Source of the DNA: a virus
Lineage: Duplodnaviria; Caudoviricetes
Strand: one strand, 5' to 3'
Length of the DNA: 24,244 nucleotides
Virus record (IMG/VR): IMGVR_UViG_3300017938_000004
Coordinates: 1 to 24,244 of that record
Positions 14,127 through 22,253 of this stretch are shown here, piece after piece (position 1 is the stretch's first letter; each line of letters starts with the position of its first letter). The notes under the pieces were generated by a model, which was given only the letters and a program-made list of their open reading frames with translations, had not been told where the DNA came from and did not search any database. Both the position numbers and the translations under genes were made by a program.

Positions 14127-16447
14127 AGAAAATAATGTTTGCTTTAGTGTTTGTAATCATTCTACTTAGCATGGTTTCTGCATATACTATGGAATCAAGT
14201 TTGACAAACTGGACTAACTTTACTACTCAATCATCAACTTCACAAAGTTTTTCAGGAGTTCAATTCACAGTTATAGGTTCAGGCATTTCTTTTAATACAG
14301 TAAATGTTTCCTCAATTAATAATGCTACTTCTGCTTATTTGGTTAATGCAAGTTCAAGTGTTGTTTTGAATAGTGCTTATAACAGAACAGGCAATCTTTT
14401 TGTTTTCCCTAAAAATATAAATTTAAACACTTCTGCTTCATACTGGATCCAGTTTGATGCCAATGGTTCAAACTTTAATTATGCAACGGAACCAGTTGCA
14501 GGAAGTTTTTATCCAGTTCTTAGTAATGGAATAAATTATACAGGAAGAAACACAGATAACAACCCAACAATTCTTAATGGACTTTTTAGCATAGGGAATC
14601 TTACCAATCCTATTTTAGCTGGAGCAATTAGTGTAGCTCTTAATTCTCCTGAAGACAATACACAAACAAATCTTAACTTAACATCTTTCAATGCAACAGA
14701 AACACCAAGCACATTTAGTCTTGTCAATGCAACCCTTTACACTTGGTTCAATAATGGAACTTTGTTTAATACTTCTACACAAACAATAACAGGAAGTGTG
14801 GCAAATGCGACAAATTGGAGTTTAAACCTGCCAATATATAATAATTATCTTTGGAATGTATTGGGAGTTCAGGGAAATGCAAACGGAACAAACAGTTCTT
14901 ATGCTCTTAACAATAACACTTTAGTTTTTACTCCTTTGATTACACAGGGAATAACATTCAATCCATTCACTTACGAAACAGCGAGTGAAACATTTTATGC
15001 AAATATATCTTCAATATCTATTCCAACAAATGCCTTTTTAATCTACAATTCAAGCACATATCCAGCAAGTATAATAAACATAGCAGGAAATTATTATAAT
15101 CTTTCCTCAACAATAGACATTCAACCAGGAGTTACAAATAATACTTTCTATTTCAATACAAGCATAAGAGGATTTACAACAACAACAAATTCATCATCTC
15201 AGGGAGTCTATAATGCTTCTTTATTAATGACAAGCAGTGCAGCATGTAATTCAGGATGGCTTCCTTATCTTAATCTGACATTCCAGGATGAAATCAATTC
15301 AACCATGCTGAATGGAACAATGGGAACTGCAAATGTTACTTATTGGCTTGGAACAGGAACACAGACTAAAAATCTATTAACTTCAAACTCGTCAGGAAAC
15401 CAATTCTATCAGCTTTGCTTTGCTCCACAAAATAGGACAATAATCACAAATTATAATTTTGAATATGGAGCAACTGGCTATCCTGGAAGAAATATCGTAT
15501 CAACTAATGTTCCCTTGACAAGCTCAATAACAAATAATGTTCTTTATCTTCTTCAGCAAAGCCAAGGGCAGATAGTTACATTCCAAATGGTCAATTCTGC
15601 AACCCAACCTATTTCAGGAGTTTATGGAACAGCATCAAGGGTAATAAATGGAGTTTCAACAGTTATAGGTTCAGGCATTTCAGGAAATGATGGTGGAATT
15701 GCTTTCTTTTTGAATCCCTTGTCTCAATATTCTTTCTCTTTCTCTTTAGCAGGATATACTACATTTACGGAAACAATATTCCCAACACAGTCAGGATATA
15801 CAGTAACATTAAGCTCTACAGCAGGTGGAGGAGCAAATGATTATACAAGGGGAATAACACAGACAATCCAACCTACAATAGGGGAATTGACAAATGGAAC
15901 TTATTATCTTTTCAACTATTCTGTAGGAAGCACTTATTGGACTCTGCAAAATTTCAGTTTCAGTCTATATGGAAATAATGGAACTTTGATAGGAACACAG
16001 TCTTCTACTACTCCTGGAACTCTCACTTTGAATGCTTCCACATCTAATTATACAAGTCTGACAATGTATTATTATTATGGAATCAATGGAACAATAACTA
16101 ATTCTTCTGTTACTTGGATTATTTCCAATCCTGGAAGCTATGGAATCTTGACATTATTTACTGATTTCAAGAATTATTTGATTGGAGGATTGTTTGGAGC
16201 AAATGCCTTCGCAGTTGCTTTAATTATTTACTTGGTAATCTTCATTTCAACAGGTTTAATCGCCTGGAAGGTAGGATACACAGCTCCAGGAACAGTTATA
16301 GCAGTCTTTACAGGGTTAGTCATCATATTTGATGTGGCCTTAGGATTTGATAGTGTAATGAATCCAGCAAATGCAGTTCCTTACTTCCCAAGCATATTCA
16401 TGTTAATCTTAGCTATAGCAGGGATACTAAGAGATAATCAAAGATGA
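14123..16447 (+). CDS. Large VP4-like adsorption glycoprotein (774 aa)
   Basis: Start reassigned to ATG 14123 (ATGA overlap, signal peptide MKKIMFALVF...); beta-rich with many sequons; three C-terminal TMs, as in SSV1 VP4 architecture. Confidence 0.8.
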   Translation: MKKIMFALVFVIILLSMVSAYTMESSLTNWTNFTTQSSTSQSFSGVQFTVIGSGISFNTVNVSSINNATSAYLVNASSSVVLNSAYNRTGNLFVFPKNINLNTSASYWIQFDANGSNFNYATEPVAGSFYPVLSNGINYTGRNTDNNPTILNGLFSIGNLTNPILAGAISVALNSPEDNTQTNLNLTSFNATETPSTFSLVNATLYTWFNNGTLFNTSTQTITGSVANATNWSLNLPIYNNYLWNVLGVQGNANGTNSSYALNNNTLVFTPLITQGITFNPFTYETASETFYANISSISIPTNAFLIYNSSTYPASIINIAGNYYNLSSTIDIQPGVTNNTFYFNTSIRGFTTTTNSSSQGVYNASLLMTSSAACNSGWLPYLNLTFQDEINSTMLNGTMGTANVTYWLGTGTQTKNLLTSNSSGNQFYQLCFAPQNRTIITNYNFEYGATGYPGRNIVSTNVPLTSSITNNVLYLLQQSQGQIVTFQMVNSATQPISGVYGTASRVINGVSTVIGSGISGNDGGIAFFLNPLSQYSFSFSLAGYTTFTETIFPTQSGYTVTLSSTAGGGANDYTRGITQTIQPTIGELTNGTYYLFNYSVGSTYWTLQNFSFSLYGNNGTLIGTQSSTTPGTLTLNASTSNYTSLTMYYYYGINGTITNSSVTWIISNPGSYGILTLFTDFKNYLIGGLFGANAFAVALIIYLVIFISTGLIAWKVGYTAPGTVIAVFTGLVIIFDVALGFDSVMNPANAVPYFPSIFMLILAIAGILRDNQR

Positions 16448-16875
16448 AGATAGTCTGGAATTACATATTTATTCTGACAGGAACAGCAATCTTGCTTCAG
16501 TTAGCAGGAATACAGATAGGTGGATTGACTCAATTATTCAATCTTATAGGTATAACATTCAATCAGTCAGCAATTAAGTCAATCAGTTCAAATCCAAGTT
16601 TCTGGAATGCAATCTTTGGTTCAGGAATAGGAATATTAATAGGTGTAGGAATAGGAGTCATAATAGGATTCTTCACAAGAGCAACTCCTGAAAACTTTAT
16701 TATACTTCCATTCATAACAGGAACTTTAACAATTTATGTTTCAGCAATATACTCAATAATAACATACAGCACTTCTTTCGGATGGGTAGGAGTTGTAATA
16801 GCTGCGATACTTCTTCCTTATGCTATCAGCTTGATTGCTGCTTTGGTAGATTATTTTCGCGGTGGAGATTTTTGA
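16444..16875 (+). CDS. Multi-TM membrane protein (143 aa)
   Basis: About four hydrophobic segments; ATGA-coupled. Confidence 0.85.
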   Translation: MKIVWNYIFILTGTAILLQLAGIQIGGLTQLFNLIGITFNQSAIKSISSNPSFWNAIFGSGIGILIGVGIGVIIGFFTRATPENFIILPFITGTLTIYVSAIYSIITYSTSFGWVGVVIAAILLPYAISLIAALVDYFRGGDF

Positions 16876-16878
16876 AAA

Positions 16879-17592
16879 ATGGAACAAAAAAAGAAAATAA
16901 TATCTGAAGAAACGAGAAAAAAGATTAGCGAAGCCCTTAAAGGAAAAAAGTATCCAAGAGAATTGTATCCAAATCGTTCTACAACAGGAAAGAAATATAA
17001 ATGGAAAGTAAAAGATTTTATTCCTAAAAATTTAAATGTATTCATAGAAAGTGGAAAGAATACAAGATTCAATAAAAATATTATTCCTTGGAATAAAGGA
17101 TTAACAAAAGAAACAGATGAAAGAGTGAAAAAATATAGTGAAAATTTAAAAGAAATAGCTAAAACAGGAATATTTATTCCAAATTCTCCATTCACTAAAG
17201 GGCATAAGTCTTATACTCCAGAACATCTTTCTGAAGAACAGAAGAGAAAGATAGGAATTAAGAATAAAGAACATAGAAAATATCAGGTATTTCCTATTAA
17301 GGACACTTCAATAGAACTAAAAATACAATCATTCCTTAAGCAGTTAGGCATAGAATACATTGCTCATGGATATATGCACATTGAACATGGTTATCAATGC
17401 GACATTCTTATCCCTTCAACTAAAACAATAATAGAATGTGATGGAAACTACTGGCACAAATATCCTAATGGAACAGAGATAGACCATATTAGGACAAAAG
17501 AATTAATAGAAAAAGGTTATAGAGTAATAAGATTATGGGAGCATGAGATTAAGAAAATGGACTTAAATCAATTTCAGGGGAAAATTTTATGA
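16879..17592 (+). CDS. Free-standing homing-type endonuclease: NUMOD3-like repeats plus DUF559/Vsr-like PD-(D/E)XK domain
   Basis: SEETRKKISEALKG, PWNKG, HLSEEQKRKIG; TSIE...CDI...IECDGNYWH...GYRVIRLWEHEI. Confidence 0.85.
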   Translation: MEQKKKIISEETRKKISEALKGKKYPRELYPNRSTTGKKYKWKVKDFIPKNLNVFIESGKNTRFNKNIIPWNKGLTKETDERVKKYSENLKEIAKTGIFIPNSPFTKGHKSYTPEHLSEEQKRKIGIKNKEHRKYQVFPIKDTSIELKIQSFLKQLGIEYIAHGYMHIEHGYQCDILIPSTKTIIECDGNYWHKYPNGTEIDHIRTKELIEKGYRVIRLWEHEIKKMDLNQFQGKIL

Positions 17593-17855
17593 GTATCACA
17601 TACATAAACCCACTTAATTTATACACAATCTTCGTAACCTACTTAGCAGGAAACCTGACTGTCTTTATTTTCTTGGCAATGATAGGAATAAGTCTATTAG
17701 CAGGAAGATTCAGGATGCCTGACAGGGTATTCATGAGTTTAATCGCTTTGTTTGGAATAATAATGAGTCAGTATCTTGGTGGCTTGTATGCCTTAATGAT
17801 AGTAGTAGCAGGACTTGTAATATATTATCAACTCGCAAAGGAGGTAAAATACTAA
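17589..17855 (+). CDS. Three-TM membrane protein (88 aa)
   Basis: Hydrophobic; ATGA and TAATG coupling. Confidence 0.85.
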   Translation: MSITYINPLNLYTIFVTYLAGNLTVFIFLAMIGISLLAGRFRMPDRVFMSLIALFGIIMSQYLGGLYALMIVVAGLVIYYQLAKEVKY

Positions 17856-18232
17856 TGGGAATCAGTGAATTTTTATCCAGTTGGAGAGAGAAACGAGCAG
17901 AAAGAAAGGAATATGAGAAGCAGCTTGAAGACCATCAACATGCAGAAAAGCATCTTGAACAGAAAAAGAAGACTCCCATGGAAAGGGAACTGGAGAAATA
18001 CAAGGAACAGGACAGGCAGAAGCAGATTACAGATGAGGTATTAAAGAGAAGAAGAGAAAAGAAGTATGAGATAGAGATGAGAAACACTCCCATAAACATA
18101 AAGCCGATTTTCAGGGATGAGAAGAACAGGAATCTCTTTAATTCAGAAAATGTATTCACAAAGAAACTTCCAAGACCTAAGATAAATCCATTCAAGGGAA
18201 AAAACATATTCATTGAAAGGAGGAAAAAATAA
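17855..18232 (+). CDS. Charged coiled-coil protein (125 aa)
   Basis: GGAGGT RBS; E/K/R-rich. Confidence 0.8.
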   Translation: MGISEFLSSWREKRAERKEYEKQLEDHQHAEKHLEQKKKTPMERELEKYKEQDRQKQITDEVLKRRREKKYEIEMRNTPINIKPIFRDEKNRNLFNSENVFTKKLPRPKINPFKGKNIFIERRKK

Positions 18233-18233
18233 C

Positions 18234-18434
18234 ATGGGAATATTAGACACAATTCCAGCACTTCAATCTACTGCTTTAGTAGCTAAAAATGTAAAGGAAG
18301 TAAAAACGGAAATTAAGCCATCAAAGAAACCGCAAAAGTCAAACTTTGTAAAAAGTGCAGTAAGGAATATAGTTGGAGTAAATCTTATAGGAGCAACTGC
18401 TAATGCAATAAAATCAGCAAATTTGAATGTATAA
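18234..18434 (+). CDS. Small basic protein (66 aa)
   Basis: ATG 18234 after AGGAGG. Confidence 0.75.
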   Translation: MGILDTIPALQSTALVAKNVKEVKTEIKPSKKPQKSNFVKSAVRNIVGVNLIGATANAIKSANLNV

Positions 18435-18435
18435 A

Positions 18436-18594
18436 ATGACGAAAGAAAACAAATTTATCAAAGGATACGGAAAAGCAATAGGAAAAATAAATATTTCAAC
18501 TCCAAAATATAAAGAGACAAAGAAGTCAGGTGGAAATTTCCTACTTCAATACTCCAAAGGAATCAATACTAAACTGCAGAAGAGGGTAAGATGA
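18436..18594 (+). CDS. Small basic protein (52 aa, not in ORF track)
   Basis: MTKENKFIKGYGKAIGKINISTPK...; fills the gap exactly. Confidence 0.65.
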   Translation: MTKENKFIKGYGKAIGKINISTPKYKETKKSGGNFLLQYSKGINTKLQKRVR

Positions 18595-18607
18595 AAGGAG
18601 GTGTAAA

Positions 18608-18826
18608 ATGAGCAAATACTGGATACAGAAGGCATTAGCCAAGCACGAGAAGGGAGCTTTGCACAGGGAGTTGGGAATACCAAAAGGCAAGATAATTCCA
18701 AATAAGGAGCTGAAAAAGATAGAACATGCTCCTTTGGGAACAAGAGTAGAAGGGCATAAGGTTACACATCTCCTGAAAGAAAGGGCAACATTGGCAGAGA
18801 CATTGAGGAAGTTCCACAAGAAATAG
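18608..18826 (+). CDS. SSV1 VP2-like virion DNA-binding protein (72 aa)
   Basis: WIQKAL..G.LHR N-terminus and A.LA.TLRKFHKK C-terminus resemble fusellovirus VP2 as recalled; perfect GGAGGTG RBS. Confidence 0.75.
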   Translation: MSKYWIQKALAKHEKGALHRELGIPKGKIIPNKELKKIEHAPLGTRVEGHKVTHLLKERATLAETLRKFHKK

Positions 18827-18839
18827 AGGAGGTATAATA

Positions 18840-18887
18840 ATGGCAAAAAAGGGAAAGAGAAGCAAAAAGAAGATAGTAACTTTGTAG
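18840..18887 (+). CDS. Basic micro-peptide MAKKGKRSKKKIVTL
   Basis: Strong GAGGAGGT RBS at canonical spacing. Confidence 0.5.
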   Translation: MAKKGKRSKKKIVTL

Positions 18888-18940
18888 TGGCTACATCCAT
18901 AATATTTAAATAGTTGTAGTGCCTAATTAAATTGGTCTTC

Positions 18941-18960
18941 AGCTGGGTTAAATCCCAGCT
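18941..18960. other. GC-rich hairpin in the main non-coding region
   Basis: AGCTGGG-TTAAAT-CCCAGCT perfect 7-bp stem. Confidence 0.7.
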
Positions 18961-19026
18961 CTCATACTCATTTTCTTAGTTACCACTTGATAGTTAATAG
19001 TGTTCACTAAGCTAACCTTCATGCAC

Positions 19027-19044
19027 ACAGAAAAGCTTAAATAG
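19027..19044 (+). promoter_or_regulatory. Archaeal BRE-TATA promoter of the accessory operon
   Basis: ACAGAAAAG-CTTAAATA about 21 nt before leaderless ATG 19065. Confidence 0.7.
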
Positions 19045-19064
19045 TTACTTACTTACTATATTTC

Positions 19065-19205
19065 ATGAAGACCATAAACGAAACATTCACGGATGATGAA
19101 TTTAATTCTCTGTTGAAATTGAAGAAGGATTTGTCTTGGCATGATTTTATTCTATCATTAATTCAAGAACAAAATGGAAGACCAAAAACTAATAAAAATA
19201 ATTGA
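19065..19205 (+). CDS. Ribbon-helix-helix / VapB-antitoxin-like regulator (46 aa, not in ORF track)
   Basis: MKTINETFTDDEFNSLLKLKKDLSWHDFILSLI pattern; first gene after the promoter. Confidence 0.7.
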   Translation: MKTINETFTDDEFNSLLKLKKDLSWHDFILSLIQEQNGRPKTNKNN

Positions 19206-19548
19206 ACAGCTGAAAGAAGTAAGAACACAGACAAAAAGCAAAGTCCCAGATGAAACATTGTTTGATGCAGCAGTAAGAATTTATAACTCAGAAGAAATTG
19301 AGAATCATAGGCAGGGGAATAAAACTTTTTCACCAAAGGTTGCTTACCCAAAAATCCATACTGTTTTTTCGGATTCCCCTGCTACTTCTGCTCCAATAAA
19401 AGAAAATATAGACTTAGCAACTCCAAACCAATTATCTGCCTTGAAGAAGATGGGCTATGACAAGGATACTTCTAAATTAACCAAATATCAGGCATGGGTT
19501 TTAATAAAGGGAGGCAAGAAATCATGGAAGACAATGGCATCTTCGTAG
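19174..19548 (+). CDS. Hypothetical protein (124 aa)
   Basis: C-terminal ATPNQLSALKKMG...LTKYQAWVLI mini-domain. Confidence 0.8.
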   Translation: MEDQKLIKIIEQLKEVRTQTKSKVPDETLFDAAVRIYNSEEIENHRQGNKTFSPKVAYPKIHTVFSDSPATSAPIKENIDLATPNQLSALKKMGYDKDTSKLTKYQAWVLIKGGKKSWKTMASS

Positions 19549-19610
19549 AATCACAAGAAGAGTTAGAGAAGATAAGCTGGAATTTGTTGTTAAGGAGGGA
19601 GGAAGAATGA
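19524..19610 (+). CDS. Acidic micro-protein (28 aa, not in ORF track)
   Basis: GGAGG RBS; ATGA overlap with 19607. Confidence 0.55.
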   Translation: MEDNGIFVESQEELEKISWNLLLRREEE

Positions 19611-19885
19611 GAGTTGAAAAAGTATTAAGTTGGATAGGAATATACAAAGAACAAGGTAAATGGAATATAGATTTTAGACAAGTTTATTCAATAATTGGAA
19701 TACTTTTTTTAATTGGATTAGGTTCTGATGCTTATTTATCTCAACCTATTTTCTGGGATAATTGGGGAATAACAAGTCCTTACATTACAAAGTTTATGAT
19801 TATCTTTATGTTTTTTATAGTTGGTTATTACATTTGGGGATATTTAAGATTATTAAATAGAGTAAATAAATTGGAGAAAAAATGA
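19607..19885 (+). CDS. Two-TM membrane protein (92 aa)
   Basis: Hydrophobic helices; ATGA overlaps at both ends. Confidence 0.8.
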   Translation: MRVEKVLSWIGIYKEQGKWNIDFRQVYSIIGILFLIGLGSDAYLSQPIFWDNWGITSPYITKFMIIFMFFIVGYYIWGYLRLLNRVNKLEKK

Positions 19886-20214
19886 CAACCTATGAAGCAG
19901 TAGAAGAAGTATTGGAAGAGAACGAAAAGGCCAGAGATGACGATTTTCTCCTATGTGTTCATGTTTATCTCAAGCTCGGCTTCGCCCACAGAATCCCATT
20001 AGGCATAGTCATTCATTATGACAAGATAGAGTTTGCCCCTGCCTTTGAAACTATTACAAGATGCAGAAGACTGATACAAAATAGAGAGAAACGATTAAGA
20101 GCAACACCTGAAACAGAATTAAGAAGACTAAACAGGGAGATTGAACTGCATACATACTTCTCAAGCAAATCAACTAAATTAGATAGCTTTCCAGGAAGCT
20201 GGATGTTAGGATGA
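19882..20214 (+). CDS. Viral-type hypothetical protein (110 aa)
   Basis: VEEVLEENEKARDDD..L...ETITRCRRLIQ; 3' end duplicated at 21338-21451. Confidence 0.85.
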   Translation: MTTYEAVEEVLEENEKARDDDFLLCVHVYLKLGFAHRIPLGIVIHYDKIEFAPAFETITRCRRLIQNREKRLRATPETELRRLNREIELHTYFSSKSTKLDSFPGSWMLG

Positions 20215-20354
20215 CAGCACAAAAAGCTAAAGATACAGAATCGTTTTTTAGAGAAATACAATTAAGAGGAATGATAGCAAAGCAAAGTCCTTTTTATTGG
20301 ATAAGATATAAGATTTATAGGATAAAAGAATATCTATATTATTATTTAACATGA
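20211..20354 (+). CDS. Small ORF in slot A (47 aa, MTAQK..., not in ORF track)
   Basis: ATGA overlaps at both ends. Confidence 0.65.
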   Translation: MTAQKAKDTESFFREIQLRGMIAKQSPFYWIRYKIYRIKEYLYYYLT

Positions 20355-20426
20355 CACAAAAACAAACAAAACAAACAGAGGAGAGCAAAGAATGAAAACT
20401 AAAAAAGAAATACTAAAGATGACTGA
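20354..20426 (+). repeat. 73-bp direct repeat, copy 1 (micro-ORF, RBS and MKTKKEILKMT)
   Basis: Identical to 21585-21657. Confidence 0.95.
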
Positions 20427-20592
20427 CTGGATGGATCTTGAAGGATACTGCAACAAGTCATATTACACTGCATTGAGCTACACGAAGAATTCAATATTCA
20501 TTCACATTGGGCCTTATGCCGCAAAAAAGATGGATGTGCTGCCTAAAGTAAGGGAAATAATCACAATCGCAAAGGAGGTGCAATACAAATGA
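20392..20592 (+). CDS. Hypothetical protein with MKTKKEILKMT leader, variant A (66 aa)
   Basis: First 11 aa shared with the 21623 ORF, remainder unrelated. Confidence 0.7.
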   Translation: MKTKKEILKMTDWMDLEGYCNKSYYTALSYTKNSIFIHIGPYAAKKMDVLPKVREIITIAKEVQYK

Positions 20593-20948
20593 ACAAAAAA
20601 GGATCTATTCTTAGCAAATTTATTGTTACAGTTCTGATTCTTCTTGCTTTGGCTATTCTTATCTTTGGTATTCCATACAAGACAGTTGTCAATGGAACGC
20701 ATACAGGAATAATCACTGCAGTTGAAACAACAGGAATTTTCTTCAAGACAGTGACTGTTTATGTTAAGACATCTGCCTTCTCTTCTCAGGAAGACCAATA
20801 TTGCCTGAAAAATCAATCATTGATTCCAATGCTGCAGCAATATGAGACTTCTGCTGAGAATGTCACAGTAACTTTTGACAGCTATCTTTGGAATGGATAT
20901 TTACATTGCGGAGACGAGTCGGCAGTTGTAACAGGAGTGTTGAAATAA
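20589..20948 (+). CDS. Membrane-anchored secreted protein with class III-like signal peptide (119 aa)
   Basis: MNKKG/SIL plus hydrophobic helix; beta-rich ectodomain with Cys pair; GGAGGTG RBS. Confidence 0.8.
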   Translation: MNKKGSILSKFIVTVLILLALAILIFGIPYKTVVNGTHTGIITAVETTGIFFKTVTVYVKTSAFSSQEDQYCLKNQSLIPMLQQYETSAENVTVTFDSYLWNGYLHCGDESAVVTGVLK

Positions 20949-20949
20949 A

Positions 20950-21375
20950 ATGCCAGAAGGAATAAAGATACGCGCTGTATCTAAGAAAGCTAAAAGGAAA
21001 AAGAAAAGATTAGTTAGACTAACCCTATTTTTGAGAAGATGGATGCCTCCTTTACATATGATTGAGCCATTTATGCTAATCCTTGCATTTGTAATTGTCA
21101 CACCAACTCTTTTAGGAACTCCCTTTGCATGGCTCTTTGCTTTATGCGCCTTTGAAGTTGCAATGAGGGTTGTAACAAGTGATCTTGAAGAAATATTCAA
21201 AGATGAAATAAAAACAGAAGATATGATTGAAGAAAATAATATCCAAATCTCTCACCTGCAAAGCGATATAAAAAGATTGAGAAGAAAGATGAAAAGGCAG
21301 AAGAAGCTCAACAAACAATTAGAAAAACTGAAAGGAGGCTTCTCCAGAGGCAGAATTAAGAAGATTAAATCATGA
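20950..21375 (+). CDS. Membrane protein with C-terminal coiled coil (141 aa)
   Basis: Basic N-terminus, two hydrophobic segments; tail runs into the gene remnant in another frame. Confidence 0.75.
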   Translation: MPEGIKIRAVSKKAKRKKKRLVRLTLFLRRWMPPLHMIEPFMLILAFVIVTPTLLGTPFAWLFALCAFEVAMRVVTSDLEEIFKDEIKTEDMIEENNIQISHLQSDIKRLRRKMKRQKKLNKQLEKLKGGFSRGRIKKIKS

Positions 21376-21451
21376 GGTTGAATTGCACACATATTTCTCA
21401 AGTAAATCTGCTCGGATAGACACATTTCCGAATAGCTGGATGAGTCCATGA
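21338..21451 (+). pseudogene. Start-less 3' remnant of a diverged copy of the 19882-20214 gene
   Basis: ASPEAELRRLNHEVELHTYFSSKSARIDTFPNSWMSP* vs ATPETELRRLNREIELHTYFSSKSTKLDSFPGSWMLG* (26/37 aa identical, ungapped); in-frame stop at 21329. Confidence 0.9.
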
Positions 21452-21582
21452 CACAAACAACTAACCAACCAAATCCCTATAAACAACTAAGAAAAGAAAT
21501 CATACAAATATATTATGAACTTGGAAAAACCTTAGAAAAAGTTGATAGGATATTAAAAAGATTACAGAACGAAACACAATGA
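21448..21582 (+). CDS. Small ORF in slot B (44 aa, MTQTT..., not in ORF track)
   Basis: ATGA overlaps at both ends; amphipathic helix. Confidence 0.65.
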   Translation: MTQTTNQPNPYKQLRKEIIQIYYELGKTLEKVDRILKRLQNETQ

Positions 21583-21584
21583 CA

Positions 21585-21657
21585 ACACAAAAACAAACAA
21601 AACAAACAGAGGAGAGCAAAGAATGAAAACTAAAAAAGAAATACTAAAGATGACTGA
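21585..21657 (+). repeat. 73-bp direct repeat, copy 2
   Basis: Identical to 20354-20426. Confidence 0.95.
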
Positions 21658-21859
21658 AAAAGAACTTCAAGATTATAAATGGAGTTCTGATTTAGATATT
21701 AAAGAAGAGAAGAAAGAAACTAACTCTGACTGCTCTGACTGCTTTAACTGCTCTAACTGCAGAAACATAAAAACATATTCGAAGTTTATGATATGCAATG
21801 TTCAGCTTACAGAAAAAGAATACAGAAAGAAGATGAAGGAGTTGAAGAATGAAAACTAA
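21623..21859 (+). CDS. Cys-repeat protein with MKTKKEILKMT leader, variant B (78 aa)
   Basis: NSDCSDCFNCSNCRN encoded by 9-bp tandem units; MICNVQLTEKEY. Confidence 0.8.
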   Translation: MKTKKEILKMTEKELQDYKWSSDLDIKEEKKETNSDCSDCFNCSNCRNIKTYSKFMICNVQLTEKEYRKKMKELKNEN

Positions 21860-22253
21860 AATAACTGAAACAGAAACAGAATACATAGTTAACGGCGACT
21901 TGATACTTACAGAAGATTTCAAGATTTCAAAGCATCTCATAGTTCATGGAGATGTTGAAGGAAAAGACGGCGAGAGATTTAACATAAATGCACGGAACAT
22001 AGATGCAGGGAACATAAATGCATGGAACATAGATGCAAGGAACATAGATGCAAGGAACATAAATGCATGGAACATAGATGCAAGGAACATAAATGCATTG
22101 GACATAAATGCATGGAACATAGATGCATGGAACATAGATGCAAGGAACATAATCTGCGAAACTCGTGTTAAGAAAGATAAGAAATGCAAAACAATAGCGA
22201 GAATTTACATTAAAAATAGAAGCAAAATAAAGAGGAAAGAACATGACGACTGA
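21849..22253 (+). CDS. Pentapeptide-repeat (beta-solenoid) protein, paralogue 1
   Basis: 11 units of [ND]I[DN]A[RWGL]; IVNGDL...LIVHGDV beta-helix-like N-terminus. Confidence 0.85.
   Translation: MKTKITETETEYIVNGDLILTEDFKISKHLIVHGDVEGKDGERFNINARNIDAGNINAWNIDARNIDARNINAWNIDARNINALDINAWNIDAWNIDARNIICETRVKKDKKCKTIARIYIKNRSKIKRKEHDD
21981..22151 (+). repeat. 15-bp tandem array (11 units)
   Basis: RACATARATGCANNG units. Confidence 0.95.

Noticed and set aside
18930-19015. tRNA gene
   Set aside because: Only a T-arm-like hairpin is present; no acceptor, D or anticodon arms could be built.
20571-21338. AAAGGAGG direct repeat bounding the 119-aa and 141-aa genes as a specific recombination site
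   Set aside because: It is the Shine-Dalgarno sequence, frequent throughout the genome. It may have served as microhomology at the 21338 junction but cannot be called a dedicated site.
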